Shown here one piece after another: positions 13,092 through 25,158 of a stretch of DNA of 64,000 nucleotides. A program made the position numbers and the translations under genes. Source of the stretch: Felis catus (lineage: Eukaryota); assembly GCF_018350175.1 (NCBI RefSeq), contig NC_058373.1:4836001-4900000 (forward strand), given 5' to 3'. How positions within the stretch are numbered: the stretch's first letter is position 1; the number at the start of each line of letters is the position of its first letter. The notes under the pieces are model-generated. The model worked only from the letters and a program-made list of their open reading frames with translations, was not told the DNA's origin and made no database searches.

Positions 13092-13286
13092 GGGGCGCCT
13101 GGGTGGCTCAGTCACTTAAGCGTCCGACTTCGGCTCAGGTCGTGATCTCACGGCTCATGGGTTCAAGCCTGTGTCAGGTTCACGCTGATAGTGCAGAACC
13201 TGCTTGGGATTCTGTCTCTCTCTCTCTGCTCCTCCCCCTCTTGCGTTTTCTGTCTCTCAAAATAAATTTTAAAAATTAAAAAAATA
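13092..13286 (+). mobile_element. CAN-SINE
   Basis: Head, (CT)n, A tail. Confidence 0.9.
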
Positions 13287-13754
13287 ACTTTAGTGTGGAA
13301 TTATGAAGGTTTATTCCGTACAGGTAGTGTTTTCCAGAGTCTCAGAGTTAATTTGCGGCATTTGTTCTTAGCGTTGCCTTTTGTAAGCAAAGCAGAACCA
13401 ACTGAACTTAGCAGAGAAAATCAAATTAAACTCAGGCCCCGCTTTGGGTAGAGCAAAAGTTGCCCATTTTCATATGCAGTCCCTCAAAATTGATTGAGTT
13501 TTTTATTTTAAACAGTTCATCTTGTTTTAGGACAGGTTCATTGACAGATATTACATCAATTACAGTCCTTAAAGTTTAAAAATAATTTTAACAGAATGCT
13601 GAATATTTTAAGGTTGGTGATTCATTTTGGATTCTGGAGATGCCTCCAAGTTGAAGTCCTGTTTAGATAACAGATCCAGCTAATATTCTGAAGCTTCCAA
13701 TTTCCTTTTTTCTTTTGGGGAGACTAAAATACTGATTGTGATAATCATTTAAAT

Positions 13755-13763
13755 TTTTTTCTT

Positions 13764-13800
<37 letters not shown>

Positions 13801-13984
13801 AGAGAGAGACAGAGCGGGAGTGACAGAGGGGCAGAGAGAGAGAGAGGGAGACACAGAATCCAAGGCAGGCTGTAGGCTCTGAGCTGATGGCACAGAGCCC
13901 AACGTGGGGCTCAAACTCCCGAACTGGCAGATCATGACCGGAGCCAAAGTTGGATGCTCAACCGATTGAGCCACCTGGGCACCC
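13755..13984 (-). mobile_element. CAN-SINE with a long poly(A) tail
   Basis: T-run over 30 nt; TSD taatcattt. Confidence 0.9.
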
Positions 13985-14148
13985 TGTTAATCATTTGATT
14001 TAATAGTGTTAATACTGTTATTAAATGTGGGACCAAATGACACCAGAATGGATTGTTTGTGGTAAATGTGCCCTGAACCTTTTCAGGCTGATTTTTGTAC
14101 TGTTACTCATTTCTTTCATCCCAACATTATTTTAAGAAATAAAATCCT

Positions 14149-14378
14149 GGGGCACCTGGGTGGTTCAGTCGATTAAGCATCCGACTTCAGCTCAGGTCAC
14201 AATCTCGCGGTCTGTGAGTTCGAGCCCCGCGTCGGGCTCTGGGCTTATGGCTCAGAGCCTGGAGCCTGCTTCGGATTCTGTGTCTCCCTCTCTCTCTGCC
14301 CCTCCCCGTTCATGCTCTGTCTCTCTCTGTCTCAAAAATAAATAAAAACGTTAAAAATAAAATAAAATAAAATAAAAT
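14149..14378 (+). mobile_element. CAN-SINE
   Basis: TSD aaataaaatcctg. Confidence 0.92.
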
Positions 14379-16319
14379 CCTGAGCTTTGAGAAGGATAGA
14401 GGTGAGAATTGTTCAGCTGACCTCTTTCTTTTATCTCATTCCTCCTTCTCCACCTGCTCCTTGTGTGCTGTGCCTTTGTAAATTTGTAAATATCATATAA
14501 AGCTCTTTTTTTTCATATATTGACTCTCCATCTTGTGAACACTCTTATTATATGTATACACACGATCCTGTATAAATTTAGGAAAGACAGCAAACAAAAT
14601 CACCTGTAACCCTAGCACCCGGAGAGAACGTCAGATTTGGAGTCATCTTCTCTTTGTGTTATAAACACACATTTTCTCCCCCGTACAGCACTGGGATCTA
14701 CTCTACTATCTTTTGTAACGTGATGATCTCATGAACATATGGTGGAATATACTGGTGTTACCCCGTATGCAAAGAATCCCTAAACTAAAAGACCAGCTGG
14801 CCAAGTACCGCTTAATATGTTGGTATTGGGTCCATGAATTTGAATCTGTTCTTTGTGCCCTGCGTAGTCATTCCCTAGCCCTACCTGTTCTCGGGATGAC
14901 ACTAACCTCGTGCCCTGAGCTGTGTGACCGGGCAGTGGGAAAGCACACATAATCCAGTGCACCGCTGAGCTCAGGCAGAAACTCTTGTAAAAAACGTTAA
15001 GAAACTTCCAGTATTTATAATAGAAGGTCGTTTGGAAAATAGTGTATTGCGAAAAGGTGGTCAGTGGTGGTCTTTAAAGACTCTGCCACCTCCCGCGTTG
15101 ACTGTGATTACTGTGTTTTAATTAAGTAAAACTAGGGGAGTTCTCACGCCTCACTCCTGCACGAGAGCTAGGAGATACGCTTGCCGAGGCAAACGGTGCC
15201 ACAGCTCTTCTTTGAATACTCCTCTCTCCCCCTACTCTTCTCTTGTTTTCCATTTTCTTCCAGGTTAAATGAGTCACGAAAGAGCTAGCTCGTAATGATG
15301 GTTGTGTTTCCATGTAAAGAGGTGACATTGCTTTTAATTATCATCAGTAGACTTAATTCTCTTGAACAATTCCTCATGTTAGCCTGTTAGTCGCTCTGAA
15401 TGCTTATGTTTTTCTCACATATAAACTCCCACTCTGTCTTATTTCGTAGCGTACTCTCATGCGCATTTAGCGAGTGTAGCCTATTGCAGAAGGTATAATT
15501 TGATGATGTTGAATACCGGCGTGTGGCCAGGTGTTCGGAAGGAGAAATTTTTGCAGTTGGGACGACGAGCTTTGCTTTTTCTGTGCAGAGAGATTGTTTT
15601 GCACCCCTTTGGCCTCTGGGGTCTTTTTCTTATCTAGAAAGTGATTCAGTCCCCCGCCCCAGCATCACGGTATTATGCTGGTTGAATTCAGCCGCACACA
15701 CACTGAGCTCCTCGGAGAGACAGCATGCTAACTATTCGGTCCCTGTGCTAGTGAGGGACAAGCCTACGCGACTGTGTCTCCGGTCAGTGTTTGGGCCCGT
15801 GAGGCGCTGGAGTGAGTCTTGACGGCCAGTGGGTCAGGAGCCGGCGGCCACCACTCCCATCAGGTCGAAGGGGACCCCTGCTTTTCAAGACCCCTCCAGC
15901 AGTCCCTGCGGACGGCACCTTGGACCCAGGAGCTCGGGTCTGTTTGTGTGTTTTGTTGGTAAGTTGGCTCTTTCAGAAGAGCCCGGATCTGCTGTAGCAT
16001 CCCTTTCCTTTCCTGGGGAGCTTTCCCATTCCGCCGTTCTCCTTTCCTCGAACTTGACTTTACTCCTCTGCCTCTGTGGGCTTGCTGCTGTTTTCGTGGT
16101 TGAGTGGACTCTTCCTTTCTGCGCTCCCGACTTTGACTCTTGCGACGGCCCCTCTCAGCACCTGCCTTCTTTCACTTTCCAGATTGTTTCAGACATTCTT
16201 TCGCTCACCAACTTGTCAGCTACACATTATTTTTTTTCTCTGTATATATTTGCATTTTTTCTAACCAGAATCTCATTTTTAGCATGTCTGTTTGCACTTA
16301 ACTAGTTTTGGTGTTTTGC

Positions 16320-16420
16320 AGCACCTTCCAATTTAGTTTCATCTGCACATTTAGTGTCTAGTAAGCTAGTTTTTGGCTTAGCATCTAAGTGGCTATCAGT
16401 CAATAGGAGGCTGAGGCTAA
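16320..16420 (-). mobile_element. Ancient L3/CR1 reverse-transcriptase relic
   Basis: Reverse strand of 16324-16352 reads KCADETKLEG, resembling the CR1 RT motif KFADDTKLGG. Confidence 0.45.
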
Positions 16421-17123
16421 TTTTCTTCTTTCTAATACAGTAGTTAACCCAAACTCACTTGAATTAATTTTAAGATAGTCTTTATCAAACTGTGAAATGT
16501 ACTTTGCTTTCAATTAAATTTTAAAATTATTGGCAACCTCCTGTTCTTTAGCAGAATTAAACTAATAATTCCCTGATCAAGTAAAATGCTTTTCCTATAA
16601 ACCCTGACATGTAAAAGCAATGTATGTTTGTTGGAGAAAGAAATAGAAGAAAAAGGTAAGCTAAAGAAAGCCATAGATGGCCACTGCTTTTGCCTTGGGT
16701 ATATCACTTCAGATCTCTTTTATATCGTTTTTTTTTTTTTCTTTCATTTTATTTTTTAAATGTGGAGCATTTCTGGGGCGCCCGGCTGGCTCAGTCAGTG
16801 AATCCAAGGGTCGTGAATCCAAGCCCCACATTGAGTGTGGAGCCTACTTAAAACTAAAATTAAAATTAATTAATTAATTAATTATGGCGACTGTCTAATG
16901 TGCACAGAAGTATACAACACTGTATAATGAACTCCCATGTACCTGTCAGCCAGTCCCAGTAATTACTAATCTGTGGTCAGTTCGGCCCCACCTACACTAC
17001 CTCTTCCCACTGTCCTGCCTATGTGACTTAAATCAGATCCTAATGTCATGTCGTGTCATATGTACATATTTTAGCAAGTGTCTATAAAGCATAAGCAATG
17101 AGCTTTTAAAAAACGTAACTACA

Positions 17124-17365
17124 GGGGCGCCTGGGTGGCGCAGTCGGTTAAGCGTCTGACTTCAGCCAGGTCACGATCTCGCGGTCCGTGAGTTCGAGCC
17201 CCGCGTCGGGCTCTGGGCTGATGGCTCAGAGCCTGGAGCCTGTTTCCGATTCTGTGTCTCCCTCTCTCTCTGCCCCTCCCCCGTTCATGCTCTGTCTCTC
17301 TCTGTCCCAAAAAATAAATACACGTTGAAAAAAAAAATTTTTTTTTAAATAAATAAATAAAAATA
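17124..17365 (+). mobile_element. Young SINEC_Fc-type element
   Basis: Perfect 15-nt TSD aaaaacgtaactaca (17109-17123, 17366-17380); intact CpGs. Confidence 0.95.
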
Positions 17366-18077
17366 AAAAACGTAACTACAGTCAGCATGGTTATACCCCA
17401 AAAAGGAACAACTGTATGTTTGCATCATTATGTGTCCAGTCTTTGTTCAGATTCCCAGTTGTGTCATAACTTTTTTTTTTTTAGCAGCTTGTTTGACTTT
17501 TTGATTCAAATAAGGTCCTCGGTTGCAGTTGGCTTATATGATATGGCTTTATAGTCTCTTACATTTAACCTGTAAATTCTTTCTCCTGCTTCCTTTGTCC
17601 CTCACAGCTTGTTGAAGAAAGTCGGTTATTCTGTAGTTTCCCCTACTGGTTACTGCCGATTATGTCCTGTGAGGTAGTTTAATGTGTTCCTTTGCTCTTT
17701 GTGTTTACAGAAAATTGGTGGCTTGTGTTTATTTTAATATTTTTATGAGACTATACTGTCGATGCTATTATGTAATCTTTTCTTCATATAATAAAATTTG
17801 TATGATCTTCCAGTGTCATTAACTGTCCTTCTATAACATCGTTCTCAATGCTTGCTTATTTCAACTCCTGAATGTTAGACTTTAGCCTGTTTCCAGTTTT
17901 TCCCTCTCATAAACACAGTTGTGAACATCCTTTTAGCTACATAGGTAATTATTTTGATATTAGGCATGACAGTCAAATACCACGGCTCCATTGGCGTTTT
18001 AGTTAACAAAAGCAGATTTGGTGCTTGCAAATGGCATGAAGGTATTTGATAATTTGGGTCTCCCGTACTCTTTTAAG

Positions 18078-18197
18078 GCAAAATGGACATATCAAGTTTT
18101 TGACCAAAGGAGATAATAATGCAGTTGATGACCGAGGCCTCTATAAACAAGGACAACACTGGCTGGAGAAGAAGGATGTCGTGGGGAGAGCGAGGGG
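18078..18197 (+). CDS. SEC11A: SEC11A exon 4
   Basis: ttttaag|GCA ... GG|gtgagt; 120 nt; [39 protein letters not shown](G). Confidence 0.98.
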
Positions 18198-19359
18198 GTG
18201 AGTACAGAGGGAGGCGTTTATTGAGATATCCGTGTCACATGAGACGTGGCCCTCTTTCCAGTCGTCTGATCACACACAATTGAGTATAATGTTTTGATGC
18301 TGGTTCTACCAAATCACCGTGTCCTTTGAAAAAGTATTCTTAGACTACAACTAAAACTTGAGGTACATTGCTCCAGAGGGGAGGAAATGGGGTCCAGTGA
18401 AAGAACATTAGTGATGAGATGATGATTGGGGTGACAGTTTTAAAAATTCATCTTTCATTTAATTTGTTCAAGAAACATTACTGGACAGCTTCCATGTACT
18501 CTGATGTCTACGCTGTCTAGTCTCTGGGGGTCCAGAGCAGTGTTCATCCTGCTTCATGAAATGTATTTCTTAAGTAGTTTCTTAAGTCAGCAACTTAAAG
18601 TATCCATCTAGATTAATTTTGTCATGTTTATTTCATGCTGTTTTATTTCTAGTCTTAAAACCATTGAGGTCAACTGAAATTAAAAAGTTATATGAAGCCT
18701 GTTTATTTCAGATTTTATCAGGAGAACAGATCAGTGGAGGACAGGAATTGTAAGTTGTTGATGTGAGGACATACGGAATTGTTACTACCCTCATGTTATT
18801 AATAGTATTAACGATAACTCACATTTACCAGGGCTTACTATGTGCCAGAGACTCATTCTAAAATCTTTACAAGTATTACCTCATTTTAACCTCAGAACAA
18901 CCCTAATATTTCCATTCTACAGATGAGGAAACACAGACAAGTTAGGCTGCTTATCCAAGGCCACACTGATGATGGGAGGCGTCTGGCCAACTCTGGAACC
19001 CACCCTCTGGACCATCCCACCAAAAGTCCTGGCATAATGCTTCTGAAGTGGATAGCTGCCGGTTCTCACTATTTAGATGCCCCATGGGGCTCTGACCCCT
19101 GTCAGAATGTCCCCTACTTCTATAGACACTGGGTTCACAGTGATTCTGCTGGAGATCAGCCACCACACTGAGGAGTTCCCTTCCCACAGAGAATGCAGCG
19201 TGAGAGAGCTGCCTCAGCTTAGCATGAGAGGTGTTGGTTTGGGGCCAGAGAAATTGGAGCAGCACAAGCACTGGTGTGTTTTGTCTCTTGTCAAGCTGTT
19301 TGTGTGCATGCCTCCAGTTCGAGGGAACTCCTTTTCCTATGTTGGAGCTAAGTATACCT

Positions 19360-19721
19360 TTTTTAAAAAAAGATTTTATTTACTTTCAAGTAATCTCTAC
19401 ACCCGGGGCGCCTGGGTGGCTCAGTCGGTTAAGCGGCTGACTTCGGCTCACGTCATGATCTCACGGTTCGTGGGTTCGAGCCCCGCATCAGGCTCTGTGC
19501 TGACGGCTCGGAGCCTGGAGCCTGCTTCGAATTCTGTGTCTCCCTCTCTCTTTCTCTGCCCCTCCCTCACTCACACTCTCTCTCTCTCTCTCTCTCTCTC
19601 AAAAAATAAATAAACATTTTAAAACATGCTTTAATTAATCTCTACACCAACATAGGGCTTGAACTCACAACTCTGAGATCAAGAATCGCCTGCTTCACCG
19701 ACTGAACCAATCAGGTACCCC
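19360..19721. mobile_element. Short - strand CAN-SINE interrupted by a + strand CAN-SINE (19405-19625)
   Basis: TSD taatctctacacc at 19391-19403 and 19636-19648, inside the host element. Confidence 0.9.
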
Positions 19722-19807
19722 TGCACATGCTTAAAGTATGTCTTTCTGAAGAATTTTTTAAAAATTTTTATCTATATACAGTGTTATTTCTAAAATCCCA
19801 ACATTGA

Positions 19808-20030
19808 GGGGCACCTGGCTGGTTCAGAGATTACTTAAAAGAGATTAAAGAGATTACTTAAAAGTACAATCTTTTTTTAATTTTACTTATTTATTTTTTA
19901 AGTAGGCTCTGTGCTCAGCATGAGTCCAACACAAGGCTTGAACTCGTGATGCTGAAATCCAGAGCCAGACGCTCAACTGACTGAGCCACCCAGGCACCCC
20001 CCAAAAAAGACAATCTTTAAAAAAATAAAA
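19808..20030. mobile_element. CAN-SINE remnant with an inserted - strand SINE
   Basis: Outer TSD taaaatcccaacattga (19791, 20031); inner repeat acaatcttt. Confidence 0.8.
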
Positions 20031-20444
20031 TAAAATCCCAACATTGAAAATACAGACCTTTTCGTAGCTTTTAATTAAGAAAAGTAATAGCCTGGCAATT
20101 TCTGAACTAAATAACTTTCCACCAAGTATAAACATCTGGGACACAGCAGGCGCACAGACCCTTAGCTGTACAGATTTACTTGGCGTTGATTATACTGACA
20201 CCTTGACACAGTGGGCAGAGCACCACCTTTGGTGGAAATTTGTTTATAAAACACTAAACTGATAATTCAAAGTCAGACTGTACCCAAACCTTGAGGATAA
20301 CTTTTTTTCAGGTCAGTCAGTGACTGGTGCAAATGTCTTTATGCAATAAAAAAAAAAAAAAAAAAAATTTTGTGTTTTCAAATAGTTGCCCAGTAAAAAG
20401 TTGTACGCTGAGGCCTAAGGCCCTAAATAAAAAGGTAAATCACT

Positions 20445-20790
20445 TTTATTGAGATAGAATTCACATATATTAGAAAATAAAGTTCACCCTGTAGAAGTGC
20501 GCAGTTCAGTGGGTTTTGTTATATCCACAAAGTTACACAGCCGTCACCACTGTCTAATCTCAGAGCATGGCCACATTCCCAAAAGAAAACTCCATACTCC
20601 TCGCCAGCCAGTCCCTGTCCCCTTTCCCCGCAGCCCCTGGCAACCGCTAATCTACTTTGTGTCTCAATGCATCGCCTGTTCTGAATGTTTTATATAAACC
20701 GAATCTTACAATATGTGGTCTTCGTTTATGTCTGGCTTCTCTCACCTAGCAGAATGTTTTCAAGCCTTATTCATGTTATAACATGTAATA
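20445..20790 (-). mobile_element. L1MB/MC-type 3' end
   Basis: tttattgagatagaattcacata...cagcccctggcaaccgctaatctacttt. Confidence 0.75.
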
Positions 20791-21817
20791 AAGACAACCC
20801 GTAGAAAGTGAAACTAATACTGAACCAACCACGTATCTAGTAGGAGTGATTTCTGCCTAAATTCAGGATGTTGAAAAACACAAGAGGACCTTAGCCATAA
20901 GAGTAGAGAAAGACAAAAGACAGGCAGAAGCTGAGCCGTGGGATGTAGTGACAATGAAGAGAGACGTAAACAGAAAGGAGCAGAGTGATTTAGCTCGCTG
21001 TTCACTAAAGTCAGTTCTAAGGACGAGGCTTTTCAAATGTACTTTTTCCTTAACTCGAAACGTCATTCTGGGGTAGAAACAATGACCCTTTGAAAGTCAG
21101 CTCCCAGATAGAGACCTCCCTTTTGACAGCTGACAAAATCATTTTCTCCCGAGTGTGAGCAGCTAGTTCGTCCCTCCCCAGCACCTCTGGTCCCAAGAAC
21201 CCCAGGGACATGTGTTTATCCGTCCTCTACCTCCTGGTTGTTAACCTGGCACCAGCCGCTCTTGGAGATGGCTTTCTGGGTGACACTTGTCTCACTTCTT
21301 TTAAACCTTCTTCTGCTTATTATCAACTCAGCTTTAGCAGAGTTTCTCTGAGCAGAGTAGGGAAACGTGCACCTGATGTGAATTTAAGACGACCGATAAT
21401 GGTAGCGTTGTGCACTTGATTTGCACCTTTGGTGCCTCTGTCCGTGGAGGGAACCAGTGAGACGAAGAATTAAATCTTTTGTTTGACTTTGGGCTGCCTG
21501 ACATATTATTTGCTTCCATTGCTCCTGAAGTCCAAGTTGCTGCCATTTCACTTGTGTTGGGGCAAGGAAAAAACCAGCCTTAGGGGGGAAAGACACCTCC
21601 ACGGGTAACCCATAAACAGGCTGTATGATCACTGGGAGCCGAAAGCTCTTGGAGCATGGATAATGTGTGGAGGGAACAGCAAAAGTCTTGTCTGTGAGAA
21701 TGGCTGCTGATTAATCATCAGACCAGAATAAGCAGCCTGGTCCTGGTTTAGTAGAAATCACAAGTGCTTTTATCGCATTTAGTCTGCATTTGACTGTGAG
21801 GCATCTGTCTTTACATC

Positions 21818-22031
21818 CTTTTTTTTTTGTAAGCTTATTTATTTATTCTGAGAGATACAGAGACAGTGTGAGTGGAGGAGGGGCAGAGAGAGAGGGAGAG
21901 CGAGAATCCCAACCAGGTTTCGTGCTGCCAGCATAGAGCCCAACGTGGGGCCCAAGCTCACGAAAACATGAGATCGTGGCCTGAGCCGAGACCAAGTCAG
22001 ATGCTTAACCGACTGAGCCACCAGGCACCCC
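21818..22031 (-). mobile_element. CAN-SINE
   Basis: Reverse element. Confidence 0.9.
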
Positions 22032-23024
22032 TGTCTTCACATTCTTAAATTAGATGATTCACCCCACAGAAAGCCATTGCTTTTATGAAGATGCTGTAAA
22101 TGAGACAAAATAATAACAGTTAAAACATTAAAAAGAAAAAATACGTATTAAAACTATAGAAAACCTGAATCTACCCTCCTGGAACTTAGCTCTGCCATCC
22201 TGGAGGGACTGTGAATTCTCAGCTCTTAGAGGTCCCGGGGGTTGAAACTAAAGCCTGGGCCCTAGGAGGGGTATTATTTGCCTCCACATGCCAGGTCCAG
22301 GCATCTCACTAGCTAGAACTGAGTCTCTGCTACCCGAGAGTGCAGAAGCACTATCTGGGCCCCACCCTCCATAGATGCTCTGACTCCACAAATCTGGGGA
22401 AGATCCACCACGTTTTAACAGGCTATCCACGTGATTCTGACAAGGAGACCTAGGTCTTAGGAAACACCAACTTATGGAATGAGAGTTTGGGAATGGGGAG
22501 AGAGAGGGATGGGTCTGGTAATGCTGCCAGGACGGGGTGAGGACCGGAGACAGGAAGTAAGAGGAGTTCTTCAAAGGAAGTGAAGTGCACCAAAGACAAA
22601 ACTTCGGCATTTCAAGCTTGCCTTAAGGCTTCGATAGGGAGGGGTGATGTCAGAGGTCGTTGCCCCTTGTGCACCTTTGGCATGGTGCACAGCCCTGAAT
22701 AGTAGAAGCATCTGGGCTGTTTTCAAGTATGCAAAGTTCAGTCTCCACCTCAGTCCAGCCTCCCTTCTCTAGGACAGGCTCTGGGTCAGTATCATGGAGC
22801 CCACCCTGGAGTAAAAGTGGAGGCGGTAAAACAGGAGGAGAAAGAAGAAATTTGTTCATTTGCTAACTGCCATCTCCTTCCACGTTGACGGCCCCTGCTG
22901 ACCTTTTCTTTCTCCCCTGAATTCTTAGGAAGTTGAGTATTTTGCATCGAGGGGAGAAGTGAAGTCCTGGAGCAAATGAGGTCTCCAAGGGAAAGGGGAA
23001 AAAAGAGGCCTGGACATGCAAACA

Positions 23025-23700
23025 TTCAGTCAGGCAGTATTTACTAGATGCCTACAACCTGTGCAAGGTGTTATGTTTGGCCTTGAGGATACGCTGGGGA
23101 GCAAGACTGGCATCGTTTTTGCGCTTACAGAGCTTAGAGTCTAGTAGGAGAGACAGACGCTATACAGCTAGTTGTGTAGCTAGTTACATAATAAAAAAAA
23201 CTGGGGGGCTCAGTCTGTTAAGCGTTCGACTCTTGATGTCAGCTCAGATCATGATCACGTGGTTCATGGGTTCGAGCCCCATGTTGGGCTCAGCGCTGAC
23301 AGTGGAGAGCCTGCTTGAGATTCTCTCTCACTCTGCCCGCCCCCCAAATAAATAAATAAACTTTAAAAATATTGTGGTAAAGACTTCAAAGGAAATATAT
23401 CAGGTCTATGAGGTTATTTAACAGTGGTTTTACCTAGTTTTCAGGGGATAAACTTTAGGGGCGAGGGGAAAGAAAGACTAGTGAAAAAACACCAAAGGGA
23501 TAGCAGCCGAGAGGTAGGTAGAGAAATAGATTCGTGGTGTGTTAGAGAAACCACGGAGGAAGGGGTTTCAGGGAAAGTTTGTGGTCCTCAAAGTCCGCTT
23601 CTGCAGACGTGTGAAGGAAGATGGTTGGCGAGACTGGTCTGCTGCATATGGTGATTTGAACTGTTCTGGAAAAAGGTTCAGGATTAAGAGAGCCAGAGTA
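23025..23700. mobile_element. L2 relic interrupted by a CAN-SINE (about 23203-23370)
   Basis: cattcagtcaggcagtatttactagatgcctac...gagcttagagtctagtaggagagacagac; SINE body in the middle. Confidence 0.65.
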
Positions 23701-24182
23701 CAGGTGGCGAACAAATGAGAGGGTGCTGAAATCTTCAGTACTGTAATGGAGCTCTTTCGCTCTCTTTTTGGACATTTACTATGAAGTACCTTATAACAAT
23801 CTGGCTGTGTTTGCCTTGTCTCCCCAGAGATACTGACCACTCCCTGAAGGTTATGACCACAAACCCAGCCCCTAGCACTGAGTCCGCATGTGGCCCGAGA
23901 GCCACCATGTAGAGGCCTGAGACCTTAGATCTGATTCTGGTTCTTGGCCGCAGAAGCCATGGACCTCAAGCACGAGCATCTGTTTCCTCATCTATAAAAT
24001 GGTGATATTCCTAACTTCCCTGTCACATGAGTTGTTGAAAGGATCTTCTAGGACAGTCTGTGCGAATGGACTTTGTGAACTGAAAAATTAGTTTTCTGTG
24101 GAAGATAATTGAGAATATTTGGTTAATGAGAATGGCTGCTTGGGGAGTTCTGTGATGATCAGTTTTTTGTTTGTTTGTTTAG

Positions 24183-24240
24183 ATTTGTTCCTTATATTGG
24201 GATTGTGACGATCCTCATGAATGACTACCCTAAATTTAAG
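24183..24240 (+). CDS. SEC11A: SEC11A exon 5
   Basis: tttgtttag|ATT ... AAG|gtaaga; 58 nt; FVPYIGIVTILMNDYPKFK. Confidence 0.97.
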
Positions 24241-24283
24241 GTAAGAGCCTACACTGTTTGTTTCATTAAAAATGGGATCTTTT

Positions 24284-24480
24284 GGGGCTCCTGGGTGGCT
24301 CAGTTGGTTGAGCGTCTGACTCCTGATTTCGGCTCAGCTCATGATCCCAGAGTAGTGGGATCGAGCCCCGCGTTGGGCTCTGTGCTGAGCATAGAGCCTA
24401 CTTGAGATTTTCTCTGTCTCTGTCCCTCTGCCCCTCTCCCCACTCACACTCTCTCTCTTTTTTGCTCTCTAATAAATATG
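24284..24480 (+). mobile_element. CAN-SINE in SEC11A intron 5
   Basis: Head 43 nt downstream of the exon-5 donor. Confidence 0.9.
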
Positions 24481-24649
24481 TATATATGATCTTTTGTTTA
24501 ATTTTGGAAAACTGTTAAATGGATTACCAGCTAGTTGGATAATTTAGTAATTTATCATGGCCACAAAGACCCGCTTATTCATGAACTCTGAGGACCTGTA
24601 AACTTTTAAAAGCTCCTCTGACTTGTGACGTTCTGTGTTTATTTTCCAG

Positions 24650-24700
24650 TACGCGGTACTCTTTTTGCTGGGTTTATTTGTGCTGGTCCATCGTGAGTAA
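24650..24700 (+). CDS. SEC11A: SEC11A exon 6 coding part (stop TAA)
   Basis: ttttccag|TAC; YAVLFLLGLFVLVHRE*; phases are consistent across exons 2-6. Confidence 0.97.
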   Translation, partial: YAVLFLLGLFVLVHRE

Positions 24701-24913
24701 GAAGTCTGCCTTGCTGTTCCCGGAAGATGCCGTACTTTTCGTTACTGAATGTTCGGAGTAGATACTGGTCTGTGATTGGTGGAGTGGAGAACGCTCATGT
24801 CGGCGCTTCTTGGTAGCAATGGTTTGCATTAGCTTCTGTTTCCACGCCAGGGTATGTGTGGGCGGGTGCACGGGCACCATGGCGCGCTCTCTCGAGGGGA
24901 CTCTCAATCACAG

Positions 24914-25055
24914 NNNNNNNNNNNNNNNNNNNNNNNNNNNNNNNNNNNNNNNNNNNNNNNNNNNNNNNNNNNNNNNNNNNNNNNNNNNNNNNNNNNNNNN
25001 NNNNNNNNNNNNNNNNNNNNNNNNNNNNNNNNNNNNNNNNNNNNNNNNNNNNNNN
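24914..25055. other. Assembly gap inside the SEC11A 3' UTR
   Basis: 142 N. Confidence 1.
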
Positions 25056-25152
25056 TCATGCAGCTCTGCACGAGTCTGAACCCGTCATCCTCCCTATGAT
25101 GTGGGAATGGCGTAGACTGAGGTGGTCGTAAGTCTTAACTTTTCAAATTTTA

Positions 25153-25158
25153 AATAAA
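25153..25158 (+). terminator. SEC11A: SEC11A polyadenylation signal
   Basis: AATAAA about 450 nt after the stop, followed by a GT/T-rich tract (ttgtgtttgt). Confidence 0.75.
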
